Source of the DNA: Nibricoccus sp.
GTDB taxonomy: Bacteria > Verrucomicrobiota > Verrucomicrobiia > Opitutales > Opitutaceae
Assembly (NCBI GenBank): GCA_047602425.1
Contig: JASGHG010000001.1
Location: 5,094,925 to 5,158,924 of the forward strand
Reading direction: 5' to 3'
DNA: 64,000 nucleotides
The stretch's first letter is position 1, and every line of letters begins with the position of its first letter. The position numbers and the translations under genes were made by a program. Below, one piece after another: positions 1-11,409 of the stretch. Below the pieces are notes generated by a model, which was not told the origin of the DNA, searched no databases, and saw only the letters and a program-made list of their open reading frames with translations.

Positions 1-1101
1 TACATTGCGCCTGCGTTTGCCTGCAATGCCATCGCAGCCTTTATTTCGCCCTTGCTCGTCGGTTCCCTGGCTGACCGAGGATTTCCTCCTGTCAAGTTGT
101 TGCGGATTCTATTCTGGCTGTCGGGCATCATGCTCGGGTTCACGTTTACGGCGATTGACCGAGGTTGGGGCGGCGGGACGCTGCTTGTGGGCATGCAATT
201 GCACGCGCTTTGTTTCAGTCCGACATCGAGCCTCGTCACAACCATCGCGATGGCTGAACTGCGGCGACCCTCGGAAGAATATGGCCCGCTTCGCATGTGG
301 GGTACGCTCGGCTGGATCGCAGCAGGCTGGATTGTAAGCTGGGTGCTCGCGGCCGACGCCTCGCCTCTGTCCGGCTACGTCGCGGCGGGAACGGTTTTTC
401 TGCTGGGCTTCGCGACGTACTCGATGCCGGTGCAAAAAGCAGGCGTCGCGGGCGGCGCGCGCAACTGGAAGGAACTGCTCGGCCTCGACGCGCTCCAGCT
501 TTTGAGGCATCCGGACCATCGTACGATTTTGTTGACGGTGACTTTGTTCGGCATACCGATGGCGGCATTTTATCCTTACACACCGTTGCACCTCCGTGAA
601 ATGGGTTTTGACCATCCCTCGGCCACCATGTCGCTCGGTCAGCCCACCGAAGTCGCCGGACTGCTCCTGCTGGCTGCCCTCACAAAACGCATTCGCTTGA
701 AATGGGTGCTGCTCGGCGGACTGCTTTTTGGCATAATTCGTTACGGATTGTTCGCGTTGAACACCTCAACCGGGCTGCTCGTCGGCATCGCCCTGCACGG
801 CGCCTGCTACACCTTCTACAACATCACCGCGCAAATCTATCTTGCCGAACGCGTCGATCCGTTGATGAAGGCCCGCGCACAGGCACTGTTTGCAATGCTC
901 ACGGGCGGCGTGAGCAATCTATGCGGCTACCTTGGAACAGGATTTTTGTTCCAAATAACCAGTTCGTCAGCGGGTCCGCGCTGGCCGCTCTATTGGTCTC
1001 TGCTTTGCGCGGCGGCCATTGCGGTGACCACTTACTTTTTCCTCAATTACCACGGCGTTGGCCATGGATTCTTCCGACGCACAGCAGCGTCGAAAGACTG
1101 A
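1..1101 (+). CDS. MFS transporter, nucleoside:H+ symporter-like (5' partial)
   Basis: Frame 1 is open from base 1. Many TM segments; motifs GSLADR and YGPLRMWGTLGW typical of NupG/XapB-like MFS. Confidence 0.8.
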   Translation, partial: YIAPAFACNAIAAFISPLLVGSLADRGFPPVKLLRILFWLSGIMLGFTFTAIDRGWGGGTLLVGMQLHALCFSPTSSLVTTIAMAELRRPSEEYGPLRMWGTLGWIAAGWIVSWVLAADASPLSGYVAAGTVFLLGFATYSMPVQKAGVAGGARNWKELLGLDALQLLRHPDHRTILLTVTLFGIPMAAFYPYTPLHLREMGFDHPSATMSLGQPTEVAGLLLLAALTKRIRLKWVLLGGLLFGIIRYGLFALNTSTGLLVGIALHGACYTFYNITAQIYLAERVDPLMKARAQALFAMLTGGVSNLCGYLGTGFLFQITSSSAGPRWPLYWSLLCAAAIAVTTYFFLNYHGVGHGFFRRTAASKD

Positions 1102-1116
1102 AGCCCGTCGCGCCGC

Positions 1117-2872
1117 TCAGCGTTTTTTCGCGAAGTGCGCCTGAATTTCGGCCAGTGAACGCGTGTTGAATATGTTTTCCTTGCGCAACCAGCCTTTGCG
1201 AGCGGCGTTCACCCCAGCCTCGACAAAGCAAAGCCCCCCGGTTTCGTGTGCATCGGGATTGATCGCGCAAAGCAATCCCCGCCCGGCGGCGCGCCGCCAA
1301 ACACGCCAGTCCATGTCCAGGCGCGAGGGGTTGGCGTTGAGCTCAATGATGACGTTGTTGGCCAGCGCGGCGTCGATGATCTTGCCGGTATTAACTTGAT
1401 AGCCCTCGCGGCGCAACAAGAGACGACCTGTCAGATGGCCGAGCATTGTCGTGTGAGGATTCTCGATCGCACGAATGATGCGGGCTGTCATCGTTGTCTC
1501 ATCTTGCGTGAGCGCGTTGTGCACCGAAGCAACCACGTAATCGAGTTGGGCCAGCGTGGCGTCGTCAAAGTCGAGGCGACCGTCGGCGAGAATATCGCAT
1601 TCGGTGCCGGTAAAAACGTGCGTTCGAAAGCGGCCGGATTGGTTAAGCGCTCGGATTTCGCCAACCTGCTTTGCCAGGCGATCCTCACTCAAACCGTTAG
1701 CCTGAAAACTGCCTTTCGAGTGATCCGCGATTCCCAAATAATCCCAGCCAAGCGTTTCGGCGGACCGCGACCATTTCGTTGAGCGTGTTTCGTCCGTCTG
1801 ACGCGGTCGTGTGGTTGTGGAAGGCCCCGCGCAAATCGCGCAATTCGACCAACGCTTGCAGCGGACCTTTCTCAGCCTCTTCGATCTCACCCATGCCCTC
1901 GCGCAGCTCTGGCGGAATAAACTTCAAGCCGAGGGCGGCAAACAATTCCTCTTCGTTCGCCGCAGGCAGACTCGCCTGACGGCTCGCCTTGTCCTTCGCG
2001 GTTCCCTCCCCTTCCGCCGGCACCAGGCCCCATTCGCTCATGCTGAGTCCCCGGGCCAGCGCACGCTGACGCATCTGGACGTTGTGGTCCTTCGAACCGG
2101 TAAAATGATGCAGCGCAAAAACAAACTGCTCCAAAGGAACAATGCGCAAGTCGGCCTGCAAGCCGCTTTCGTAGCGCGCGCTCGCCTTGGTTTCACCCTT
2201 CGCCGTGACCTCCTGCACGCCAGGCCGGTTGACAAACCACTCGACGATCGGGGCTACCTCCGTCGCCGCGACGATAAAGTCGAGGTCGCCGACGGTCTCC
2301 ATCTTGCGGCGCAAGCTGCCGGCATGTTCGGCGCGCTGCACTTGCGGCAACGCGCGCAGCCCGCTGAGAATCGGCGAGGCCACTTCATGGGCGTCCCACC
2401 AAAGATGGCGCTTGCTGTAAGCCTCGCGGTTTTTGATGCCGGCCAGAAGTTTCTCCTGAGTCTTCACGCCGAAGCCTTCCAACTCGGCCACGCGGCCTTC
2501 TTCGCATGCCTTCGTCAACGCGGCGATGCTGTCGATGCCAAGCTTGCTGTTGAGCGCCTTGATTTTTTTTGCGCCGAGACTGGGAATTTCCAGCATTTCC
2601 ACCAAGCCGGGCGGCACCGATGCGCAAAGTTCGTCATAAAATTTCAACTTACCGGTTTGGTGAAGTTCGGTGATTTTTTTCACCAACGCCTCGCCGATAC
2701 CCTTCATAGACGCCAACCGGTCTTCGGCGATAATTTTGCCGAGGTCTTCCTCAAGACTTTCGAGGGCGCGCGCGCCAGTCTGATAAGCACGGATCTTGAA
2801 CGGATTTTCGCCTTTTAGGTCCAGCAGCAGGGCAATCTCGTTCAACACGTCGGCAATTTCGTTTTTGTTCAC
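1117..2872 (-). pseudogene. polX: DNA polymerase X / PHP 3'-5' exonuclease, frameshifted near 1765
   Basis: ORF 1697..2899 has the PolX core (GSLRR, VGDLD, HFTGSK) up to [12 protein letters not shown] 1117..1890 continues the PHP domain (IADHS, ASVH, INPDAH). One extra base in GTC GCG G TCC GCC. Confidence 0.85.
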
Positions 2873-2967
2873 GAGCGCAAACATAACGCACGTCGCCAAA
2901 ACGCGAAACTTTTTTCCTTATCTTCACGGGCAAATTCAGCCAATCTCCCCGCAATCGCTTTCTCCCC

Positions 2968-3375
2968 GTGTCATTTATTTACGAACGCACCATCCATTTC
3001 GCCGATACCGACGCCGCCGGCGTGGTCTATTTTCCCAACTACCTCTCGATCTGCCACGAAGCCTACGAGGAGGCGATTGCCGCCAGTGGAATCAAGGCAC
3101 GGGCTTTCTTTTCCGAACAAAATCTCATGCTGCCGGTTTCTAAAAGTTCGGCCGATTACCTGCGACCGCTTTATTGCGGCGACAAGGTGCGCGTGACGCT
3201 CAAACCGTCGCTGCTCACCGAAAATTCCTACGCGATCGAATACGAAATGATTCGCGTCAGCAGCACTTTAAAATTAGCTGCGACCGTTCGCACCGCCCAC
3301 GTCTGCATCAACACCAGCACCCGCGAACGCACGCCACTCCCCGCAGATCTGCTGGCTTGGATTCAAAGAGGCTGA
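2968..3375 (+). CDS. Hot-dog thioesterase, probable 1,4-dihydroxy-2-naphthoyl-CoA hydrolase
   Basis: FADTDAAGVVYF motif; adjacent to menE/menC. Confidence 0.75.
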   Translation: MSFIYERTIHFADTDAAGVVYFPNYLSICHEAYEEAIAASGIKARAFFSEQNLMLPVSKSSADYLRPLYCGDKVRVTLKPSLLTENSYAIEYEMIRVSSTLKLAATVRTAHVCINTSTRERTPLPADLLAWIQRG

Positions 3376-4544
3376 CGGAGCGCCGCTTCGCTGAGCATCT
3401 GACGATTTAGTTTTCCCTGGGCATTGCGCGGCCAGGGTGCAACGACCACGAATCGCTTGGGACGCTTGTAGGGAGCCAGCGTTTCCAGCGCCTTTTCAAT
3501 TTTTGCCCGATCCAAATTGCGCGCACGCTGAGGAAAACACGCCACCACTGCACTGCCCCATTCACGATCCGGCATGCCGACAACCGCCACATCGTCAAAC
3601 TCGCCGCTCGCCCGCAGCGCGTCTTCGACTTCGGACGGATGCACTTTTTTTCCGCCTGTGATGATCACCGCATCGCGACGTCCCAAAATTATCAGTCGAC
3701 CCCGATCATCAAACCGCCCCAAGTCTTCCGTCACCAGCATCTGCTCCGAATTCGCGCCAGGCCAGTACCCGTGAAAAACACTTCCACCCCGAATGCGCAC
3801 CAGTCCTGTTTCCCCTCGCGGTAAAATGGCTCCGCTATTCTCGTCCAGGATCTCCACTTGTGCATGGATCATTGGCTGACCGCACGAACGGTCGCCGTGC
3901 AAAAAATCCTCCGGCGTTTGCGCGGCGATCATTGCCGCCGTCTCGGTCATTCCATAACAAATCGCCACCGGCACGCGGGCTTCCGCCGCCATGCCAGCCA
4001 GCTCCGGCCAAAGCGGACCGCCGCCGATAAAGACCGCACGAAAATCCCGCAAGCGAGCCGCCGCTTCCGCATTGACCAGAAGCCGGTGGAGTTGGGTCGG
4101 CACGAGCGACAAAAACCACCCGGCATCGTTTTTTGGCAACACAGGCCACTCCCCTGCCTCCAGTTGCCTCCAGGACCACGGCACATGCTGTCCGCCGGTC
4201 TCCGCACAACGGATACGCGCCATCAGCCCGCTCACGTGGTGGGCAGGTAAAACATCGAGCGCGTTCACCGTCGCAACACCGTGGTGCGAACAAAAGCCCC
4301 GCACCGCCGCGCCGACCGTGTGTTCATCATGACGGGCAAAACGCATCTCACCGCTCGTGCCCCCCGTGGGAAGGCACAGCCAGCCTGCGTCATCGGACAA
4401 CTGCTGTGCCTTTTTTGAGGTTAGCGTCGCGAGTTTTTCGCGTTCGGAATCGCCAAGCGCGGGATCGCGGACAAAAAGAAATTCATCGAGCGCGACCGCG
4501 CAGCCCGTCGCGAGAACGAGTTTTCTTAACTCAATGCGTTCCAT
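3363..4544 (-). CDS. menE: o-succinylbenzoate-CoA ligase
   Basis: AMP-binding motifs TGGTSG, YGMTET, TEDLG, GRRD; coupled to menC. Confidence 0.85.
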   Translation of the reverse strand: MERIELRKLVLATGCAVALDEFLFVRDPALGDSEREKLATLTSKKAQQLSDDAGWLCLPTGGTSGEMRFARHDEHTVGAAVRGFCSHHGVATVNALDVLPAHHVSGLMARIRCAETGGQHVPWSWRQLEAGEWPVLPKNDAGWFLSLVPTQLHRLLVNAEAAARLRDFRAVFIGGGPLWPELAGMAAEARVPVAICYGMTETAAMIAAQTPEDFLHGDRSCGQPMIHAQVEILDENSGAILPRGETGLVRIRGGSVFHGYWPGANSEQMLVTEDLGRFDDRGRLIILGRRDAVIITGGKKVHPSEVEDALRASGEFDDVAVVGMPDREWGSAVVACFPQRARNLDRAKIEKALETLAPYKRPKRFVVVAPWPRNAQGKLNRQMLSEAALRQPL

Positions 4545-5560
4545 ACCGCCTCCTCATTGATGCTCAAAACATCCTGCGCGCGGATGAATGGCGCCTGATA
4601 TGGCCCATCGAACCGACTGTCCTCAAACAATGGCCACACACCAAAACCGAGCGCGCGCGATTCGCCGCCAAATGAAAAGGCCAGCCGAAGCGCGGCCTTT
4701 GCGCCAACTGCCGTCTCCAGTGCGGAGGAAAAAACCACAGCGGCTTTGGCTTTTTCGAGTCGCTCTATCGTTGCCCGCGCTTCGCCCAACAAAACCGGTT
4801 TGATGACAAATATTCCCGGCCAGCCGCGTTCCACCCAGCGCGAGACGTCGCCCGAGCTGACTAGCGATTCATCGAGCGCAATTGGCGTTGGATAATCGTG
4901 CGCCAGACCCAAAAGCGTGTCGTCCACCCGGGCCGTGTCTTGCGATGTCGTCGCATGGCAGGGTTGCTCGATGAATTCCACCGGCCGGTCCGCGCAGCGT
5001 TCAAGCCAGCGTTCAGCTTTCCGGCGATCCCACGCACCATTGGCGTCGAGCCTCAATTTGGCTCCGTCGGGTAGTTTAGCTAAAAGATCGTCGAGCATCG
5101 CCAGTTCGTCGGCGAGATCGCCCACGCCGACTTTCCATTTGAAGACACGAAAGCCTGCCTCGGCTTTGGGCTCGATTTGCGCCAAGGCAGCACGCCCAGC
5201 CGATAATAAGGCCGCGACCGGTAACGCTTTCTTGCCCTCAAGCGATGGTTCGGTCGACTGTTGCAACGCCGCCGACAAGGCATATCGCAAGCAAATGCAG
5301 CGCTCGGGCAGCGCAGCCGGAGCCGTTTCGCCGATTTCCGCGCCGAGTTCCCGGCAGACCGTCTCAGCTTCATCCACGCTTTCGGTGCCAAACCAGGGAA
5401 TAGGAGCAACCTCGGCCAACGATGCCACGCCCGCGGCGTTTTCCAGCCGCAGTAAAAGCCCTTCGCGCTCCGTCCAGAGCCCATGCGCGGTTCTGACCGG
5501 TTGTCGAAACGGCAATTTGTATCGGCGATAGGCAAAGCGAAACATCACCTCACCAGACAA
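4526..5560 (-). CDS. menC: o-succinylbenzoate synthase
   Basis: Enolase-superfamily motifs FKWKVG, RLDANG, FIEQP, ALDES. Confidence 0.85.
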   Translation of the reverse strand: MSGEVMFRFAYRRYKLPFRQPVRTAHGLWTEREGLLLRLENAAGVASLAEVAPIPWFGTESVDEAETVCRELGAEIGETAPAALPERCICLRYALSAALQQSTEPSLEGKKALPVAALLSAGRAALAQIEPKAEAGFRVFKWKVGVGDLADELAMLDDLLAKLPDGAKLRLDANGAWDRRKAERWLERCADRPVEFIEQPCHATTSQDTARVDDTLLGLAHDYPTPIALDESLVSSGDVSRWVERGWPGIFVIKPVLLGEARATIERLEKAKAAVVFSSALETAVGAKAALRLAFSFGGESRALGFGVWPLFEDSRFDGPYQAPFIRAQDVLSINEEAVWNALS

Positions 5561-5599
5561 CGCGCCGAAGTCTCCTTGGCAAGAGCCACCGCGAGGGAA

Positions 5600-6271
5600 T
5601 CAAAACGGCGCGCGGGTGAGGGCGCCCTTGTAGCTGCCAAGTTCCTCAGCGAGGCGTTTCAATTTCTCCGCGCTCTTAATGCCAGGAACGCTCTCCACCC
5701 CGCTGTTAACGTCGATCAACCGGGCGCCTGTTTCCATCAAAGCGTGCACAATATTATCGGGGGTGAGGCCGCCAGCGAGGATCCAATTGATCCGCGGATA
5801 TTCCTTGCTCAGACGCGTGAACGCGGGCCAGTCGCCTACGTGCCCCGTGCCACCGTAGGTCCCGGCGCGATAGGTGTCGAACAAAATGGTACCGGCAAGC
5901 GCGTAAAGCGCCGGCGTCAGGCCTCCGCCGGGCGGCACGCGAGGGGCCAGCCAGAGTTTTTCCGGTGAAACCGCGCGCGCCCAGGTTTCGATCGTCGCCA
6001 AAGGAGTGGTGTGCGGAAAATGAAACTGGAAAAAATCGAAGCCAAGCGGCTTGATCGCCTCCAACTCCTCAGAAGTTGGTTCGACCATCACGGCAACCTT
6101 CGCCTTGAGCGGCAAATGAGCCATCATCGTGCGATACGATTCCACCGAGATGTAGCGCGGCGATTTCGGATAGAAGATAAAACCGAGATAATCCGCGCCT
6201 ATCCCCACCGCCAGCGCGGCATCCGTCTGGGAGGTAAGCCCGCAAACTTTGAAACGGATGCCGTTGATCAT
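5600..6271 (-). CDS. trpF: Phosphoribosylanthranilate isomerase
   Basis: KVCGLT, LAGGLTPDN, DVNSGVESVPGIK. Confidence 0.95.
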   Translation of the reverse strand: MINGIRFKVCGLTSQTDAALAVGIGADYLGFIFYPKSPRYISVESYRTMMAHLPLKAKVAVMVEPTSEELEAIKPLGFDFFQFHFPHTTPLATIETWARAVSPEKLWLAPRVPPGGGLTPALYALAGTILFDTYRAGTYGGTGHVGDWPAFTRLSKEYPRINWILAGGLTPDNIVHALMETGARLIDVNSGVESVPGIKSAEKLKRLAEELGSYKGALTRAPF

Positions 6272-6275
6272 GCGC

Positions 6276-7370
6276 TTAGAAGGAATTGACCGAGGCGATG
6301 ACGTGGTCGACTTGCGCGTCCGTCAACTCGGGGAAGATCGGCAGGCTCACGCAATTGGCCGCGGCTTTTTCCGCGACGGGCATCGAACCGGCGGCATAGC
6401 CGAGGTCGGCGTAACATTTTTGTCGATGGAGCGGCACTGGATAGATGAGATCGGTGCCGACCTCCAATTTACCCAAGTGTTCCCGCAGCGCGTCGCGGCG
6501 CGGGTGACGAATCGTAAACTGGTGAAACACGCTCTGCCCATAGTCGGGCTGCGTTGGCAGAACGGTCTCCGCCAGTTTGATGCCCGCAAGATAACGCCGG
6601 GCGATGGCCTGACGACGCGCGGTCCACGTCGCGAGATGGGGAAGTTTCACGTTGAGCAGTGCGCCTTGGAAACCGTCCATGCGGAAGTTGCCGCCCACGA
6701 TGTCGTGATAGTAGCGGCGATCCGAACCGTGAACGCGGATATGACGCGCCGTGGTGGCAAGGTCTTCGCGACGCGACGTAAGCGCACCGCCTTCGCCACA
6801 ACCGCCGAGATTTTTTGTCGGATAAAAGCTAAACGTACCGACATCGCCAAGCAGACCAACCGGTGTGCCTTTGTACTTCGCGCCAATCGCCTGGGCGCAG
6901 TCCTCGATGACGAATAGATTGTGCTTTTTGGCGATAGCCATGATTTCGTCCATCCGGGCGGGTTGCCCAAAAAGATGCACGACGACGATGCCCTTGGTGC
7001 GCGGCGTGATGGCGGCGTCGAGTTTGTCCGGATCGAGGTTGAAAGTCCCCTCTTCGACATCGACGAACTTCGGCGTCGCCCGCACGTAGCTGATGCCCCA
7101 CGCCGACGAGATAAAGGTGAACGGCGGCACGATCACTTCGTCGCCCGGGCCGAAACCCGCGATCATGCACGCAACATGAAGCGGCGACGTGCCGCTGTTG
7201 AATCCGAGCGCACGTGGATAACCGAGCGTGCTGGCAAAATTTTTCTCGAAGTCCTCCACGTCCTTCCCGAGGCAAAAGCGGTTCGCGTCATACGTCGCGG
7301 TCAATGCGTTCAGCGCTTGTTCGCGCAGAGCTTTGTGTTGCAGGGAAAGGTCGAGAAACGGGACTTTCAT
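6276..7370 (-). CDS. DegT/DnrJ/EryC1/StrS aminotransferase
   Basis: IEDCAQA and FSFYPTKNLG; start taken at MKVPFLDL. Confidence 0.92.
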   Translation of the reverse strand: MKVPFLDLSLQHKALREQALNALTATYDANRFCLGKDVEDFEKNFASTLGYPRALGFNSGTSPLHVACMIAGFGPGDEVIVPPFTFISSAWGISYVRATPKFVDVEEGTFNLDPDKLDAAITPRTKGIVVVHLFGQPARMDEIMAIAKKHNLFVIEDCAQAIGAKYKGTPVGLLGDVGTFSFYPTKNLGGCGEGGALTSRREDLATTARHIRVHGSDRRYYHDIVGGNFRMDGFQGALLNVKLPHLATWTARRQAIARRYLAGIKLAETVLPTQPDYGQSVFHQFTIRHPRRDALREHLGKLEVGTDLIYPVPLHRQKCYADLGYAAGSMPVAEKAAANCVSLPIFPELTDAQVDHVIASVNSF

Positions 7371-7457
7371 GGAATCGCGTACTACTCCGCCAAATTTTCG
7401 CGCCAAGGGAAAGGTTCATTTTTATTCCCTTGCGGACATGCCATCGCAACACGGCAC

Positions 7458-7490
7458 AAAAAAAGCCCCCGGCTGAACTGGGCCGGGGGC
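7458..7490 (-). terminator. Intrinsic terminator
   Basis: Minus strand GCCCCCGGC...GCCGGGGGC followed by T7, just downstream of ORF 7511..7816. Confidence 0.8.
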
Positions 7491-7510
7491 GAAACACTCA
7501 CCTAATTCTA

Positions 7511-7816
7511 TCAGGAAAGATGTTCGGAGCAGGACATCTCAAGTTCGGCGATCACATAGGACCGAAGCCACGGCGGAGCGTCAGCCGGGTCCGGCGCAAA
7601 TGCGTCGTCTTCGTAGAGAAAACTTACGAATTGCTGCGCTGCATCCTCAGGAGACAAGTCCTCGGGGATGTAGACTGCGGCATGGGAAGCTTGCTCAAGT
7701 TCTTTCAACAACGACCACACAGCGGTAACAGCAGGGGCCTGTACCGTCGTGTGTCTGGATTGGATCAGCGCGCTCTGAACGTGATCGATGAATCGCTCAG
7801 CTTTCGTTTTCATCAT
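7511..7816 (-). CDS. Hypothetical protein
   Basis: 101-aa ORF with AAGGAG SD and its own terminator. Confidence 0.7.
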   Translation of the reverse strand: MMKTKAERFIDHVQSALIQSRHTTVQAPAVTAVWSLLKELEQASHAAVYIPEDLSPEDAAQQFVSFLYEDDAFAPDPADAPPWLRSYVIAELEMSCSEHLS

Positions 7817-8002
7817 GTCTCCTTCGCGTGACGTTTTTTGGGGGTTGCCTTTTTCGCTGACGGGGCTGGCTGGAGATACCCACTAACTGACGGGGATGAA
7901 ACCCTATTACCTGGCCCGTTTTGGGCAAGCCTGCAGGCGTCTTTCGCGAAAGATTTTTCGTGCCGATCGTTGGCGCACACCAGGCGTGGCGCGAATGTCG
8001 CG

Positions 8003-9238
8003 TCAACGCATTAATCCGTGCACCAGCCGGTCGTCGCCGTCGTTGCGCGCGGGTTGCAAACGAGCTGCAGCACAAAGCAAATTGTAGATATGAATATTCT
8101 CGGCAGCAGCGATCACGCGGCCATCCTTTTGAAACGCCGGTCCATGAACAATCAAGATTCCGTGCATGTCACGCTGCGCAGGATCATAGCCGTGCTCCCC
8201 TTTCATGTACTTGTCCTTCTTTGAGTTAAACCAACTCGTACTCACGACATGCCAGCCGGGGTCCGGTAAAATCCAAACCGGCGGATAGCGGGGATTGTCA
8301 TCCACATGGAGGTGCGCCGGCAGATTTTCTTTGCGAAACACGTGGGCCTGCGGCGGCAATTTCGAAAGCTTTTGCAGGAGCCCTTCGACGTCGCCGGCGA
8401 GCGGACGCAAGCCCATCACCGGTCCGTCGAAATCGATCTGCACCGTGGTTAAATCCAGATAATCGTCCAACTTGATGGCTCGCTCCCGCCCGGTGCCCGT
8501 CATGCCGTGGTCCGAAACGACGACAAGATTAAGCGCGATGTTTTCATTCTTCGCACGCTCCAGCAGTTCGCCGATCCGCCCATCAATGAGTTTGATGGCT
8601 GCCGCCAGCTCGGGCGAATCCGGCCCGGCGTTGTGACCAACCGTATTGGTTTCCTCAAAATAAAACGTGATCACCGCGGGTCGTTCCCGCGCCGGTAATT
8701 TCAACCAGCCGAAAAGTTCGTCGAGTCGTGTTTGAAACGGCACTGAATAGTCGAACGGCTTCCAAAAGGTCGGCCTCATTCCGGCGATTTCGGCCTCGGA
8801 GCCGGGCCAGAAGGAGCACGCTGAGGCCCGACCTTGGCGCACCGCCGTGACCCAGACCGGCTCACCGCCCCACCAGCGACCGTCCCTGGCCGATGCCGGC
8901 TGGTTATAGTGAAAAAAGCGGCCGTTTGTTGGATCAAAGAAACGGTTGTTTACGATGCCGTGGTGCGACGGCCTCAGCCCGGTGACGATTGAATAATGAT
9001 TCGCAAAGGTATTGCTCGGGAAACCCGGAATCAGCGCCTGCGCACTTGCGCCCTCGCGCCTTAACCGGCGTAGATTCGGCGTTTCGGCCGGATATTTTTC
9101 GCAATAGTCCCAGCGAAACGCATCCAGCGAAATAAGGAGCACCGGAGCCACATGCGCAGGCCGCTCCGGGCGACGTCCGCAGACGCAACCGGCCACCCAC
9201 AAAGCGGCAAAAAGAAAAAAACAGTAGCGAAAAAACAC
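8003..9238 (-). CDS. Type I nucleotide pyrophosphatase/phosphodiesterase (alkaline phosphatase superfamily), exported
   Basis: ISLDAFR, FPSNTFANH, VSDHG, GEHGY; N-terminal signal. Confidence 0.9.
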   Translation of the reverse strand: MFFRYCFFLFAALWVAGCVCGRRPERPAHVAPVLLISLDAFRWDYCEKYPAETPNLRRLRREGASAQALIPGFPSNTFANHYSIVTGLRPSHHGIVNNRFFDPTNGRFFHYNQPASARDGRWWGGEPVWVTAVRQGRASACSFWPGSEAEIAGMRPTFWKPFDYSVPFQTRLDELFGWLKLPARERPAVITFYFEETNTVGHNAGPDSPELAAAIKLIDGRIGELLERAKNENIALNLVVVSDHGMTGTGRERAIKLDDYLDLTTVQIDFDGPVMGLRPLAGDVEGLLQKLSKLPPQAHVFRKENLPAHLHVDDNPRYPPVWILPDPGWHVVSTSWFNSKKDKYMKGEHGYDPAQRDMHGILIVHGPAFQKDGRVIAAAENIHIYNLLCAAARLQPARNDGDDRLVHGLMR

Positions 9239-9283
9239 GCTCTCAGGCTTCGAATCTTCGGGCCGCGACGCAAAACATTAACG

Positions 9284-9317
9284 AAAAAGCCCCTGTCTCT
9301 TTTTGGTGACAGGGGCT
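9284..9317 (-). terminator. Intrinsic terminator of acs
   Basis: AGCCCCTGTC...GACAGGGGCT stem plus T-run on the minus strand. Confidence 0.8.
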
Positions 9318-9341
9318 CGCAAGAATCTTGGATTGCCGCGC

Positions 9342-11339
9342 TTATTCGTCTTGAGCCTGAAGGCTCGCCACGACCGTGAAATCCTCGAGCGTCGTGGTGT
9401 CGCCCTTGATTTCGCCGCCGGTGGCAATCTCCTTGAGAATGCGGCGCATGATTTTTCCACTGCGGGTTTTTGGCAGACCCGACGCGAAACGGACTTGGTC
9501 GGGCTTCGCGAGCGATCCGATTTCCTTGCCCACGTGGCTGCGCAGTTCCTCTTTCAAATCATCGCTGGCCGTTTGACCGGATTTCAATGTCACGAAAACC
9601 ACGAGCGACTGGCCTTTCAGATCGTCGGGTTTGCCGACGGCGGCCGCCTCGGCCACTGCGGGATGCGAGACCAGCGCGCTTTCCACCTCGGCCGTACCGA
9701 TGCGGTGACCGGAGACGTTGAGCACGTCGTCGATGCGGCCAACGATCCAGAAATAGCCGTCCTTGTCCTGCCGCGCGCCGTCGCCGGTGAAGTAGATGCC
9801 CGGAAATTCGCCGAAGTACGTTTTTTGGAAGCGTTCGTCGTCGCCCCAGAGCGTGCGCAGCATCGAAGGCCAGGGCTTGGTGATCACGAGCTTGCCGCCG
9901 CTGTTGCGCGGCACTTCCTTGCCCTTGTCATCCACAACCTTCGCGGACACACCAAAGAACGGCAGCGTACCCGAGCCGGGCTTGAGTGGAGTCACACCGG
10001 GCAACGGCGTGATCATGATCGAACCCGTTTCCGTCTGCCACCAAGTGTCGACGATCGGGCAACGCTTTTTGCCGATCATTTTGTGGTACCACATCCAGGC
10101 TTCCGGATTGATCGGTTCGCCAACCGAACCAAGCAAACGCAGCGAATTCAGATGATGCCGCAGCACATACTGGTCGCCCCAGCGCATGAACGCGCGGATC
10201 GCCGTCGGTGCCGTATAGAGAATGGTTATGCCATGGCGATCGATCATCTGCCAGAAACGATCCGGGCCCGGCTGGTTCGGCGCGCCTTCGTAGAGGAAGA
10301 CGGTCGCGCCATTGCTCATCAGTCCGTAAACGACATAGCTGTGACCGGTGATCCAGCCGATGTCGGCGGAGCAGAAGTAACGATCGTTTTCCTTGAGATC
10401 GAAAACGTAATGCGAACTCAGTTTCGCCCCGAGCAAATAACCAGCGCTCGTATGCATAACGCCCTTCGGCTTCCCTGTGCTGCCGCTGGTGTAGAGAATG
10501 AAGAGTGGATGCTCGGAATCGAAGGCTTTTGGCTCATGGGTGTTGGGTGCGCCCTCCCAAGCCTCGCGCCACCAAACGTCACGGCCTTCCTTCATCGTCA
10601 CGGCGTTGCCGCAACGTTTGACCACGATTACCGATTGCACGCTCGGCGCGCCCTCGACGGCTTTGTCGACATTGGCTTTGAGCTCGATGATTTTGCCCCG
10701 GCGCCAACTGCCGTCGGCGGTGATGACGAGCTTGGCTTTGCAATCGTTGATGCGATCCTTGAGCGCCTCGGGACTGAAACCGCCAAACACCACTGTATGG
10801 ATGGCGCCAATACGCGCGCAGGCCAGCATGGCGATGACAGCCTCGGGTATCATCGGCATGTACAAGGCCACGCGGTCGCCCGCGCCGAGTCCCATGTTTT
10901 CAAAAATGTGCGCCAAGCGACAGACGTGGAAATGCAGTTGTTTGTAGGTAATCGTGCGGACGTCGCCCGGCTCGCCCTCGAAAATAATTGCCGCTTTGTT
11001 CTCACGCGGTGTGCCGATATGGCGATCAAGACAGTTTTCTGAAACGTTTAACTTCCCGCCCACGAACCACTTGGCATGTGGAGCCTCCCACTTCAAAACA
11101 GTCCGAAACGGCTTGCGCCAGACCAAGTGTTCCTTCGCTTGGCGGGCCCAAAATGTTTCTGGGCTATTGACAGACTCGGCATACATCTTCTTATAAACCG
11201 CATAACTCCCAAGGTTTGCTTGGCGTTGAAACTCGGCCGATGGCCTGAACACCCGTTTTTCACGGGATACTGAAGTTATCGTTTGGTCTGTCACGTTCAT
11301 GTTGAATTTAGGGGTTAAAGAATAACTGCTCGCATTCAT
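9342..11339 (-). CDS. acs: Acetyl-CoA synthetase (exact start uncertain)
   Basis: [31 protein letters not shown]. Confidence 0.97.
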   Translation of the reverse strand: MNASSYSLTPKFNMNVTDQTITSVSREKRVFRPSAEFQRQANLGSYAVYKKMYAESVNSPETFWARQAKEHLVWRKPFRTVLKWEAPHAKWFVGGKLNVSENCLDRHIGTPRENKAAIIFEGEPGDVRTITYKQLHFHVCRLAHIFENMGLGAGDRVALYMPMIPEAVIAMLACARIGAIHTVVFGGFSPEALKDRINDCKAKLVITADGSWRRGKIIELKANVDKAVEGAPSVQSVIVVKRCGNAVTMKEGRDVWWREAWEGAPNTHEPKAFDSEHPLFILYTSGSTGKPKGVMHTSAGYLLGAKLSSHYVFDLKENDRYFCSADIGWITGHSYVVYGLMSNGATVFLYEGAPNQPGPDRFWQMIDRHGITILYTAPTAIRAFMRWGDQYVLRHHLNSLRLLGSVGEPINPEAWMWYHKMIGKKRCPIVDTWWQTETGSIMITPLPGVTPLKPGSGTLPFFGVSAKVVDDKGKEVPRNSGGKLVITKPWPSMLRTLWGDDERFQKTYFGEFPGIYFTGDGARQDKDGYFWIVGRIDDVLNVSGHRIGTAEVESALVSHPAVAEAAAVGKPDDLKGQSLVVFVTLKSGQTASDDLKEELRSHVGKEIGSLAKPDQVRFASGLPKTRSGKIMRRILKEIATGGEIKGDTTTLEDFTVVASLQAQDE

Positions 11340-11409
11340 TTGCGGCTCTTATCCCTATCCGAGTTTTTCCGACTTGCGTTAGCATATAGACAATCTTCTG
11401 CCCGTTATT

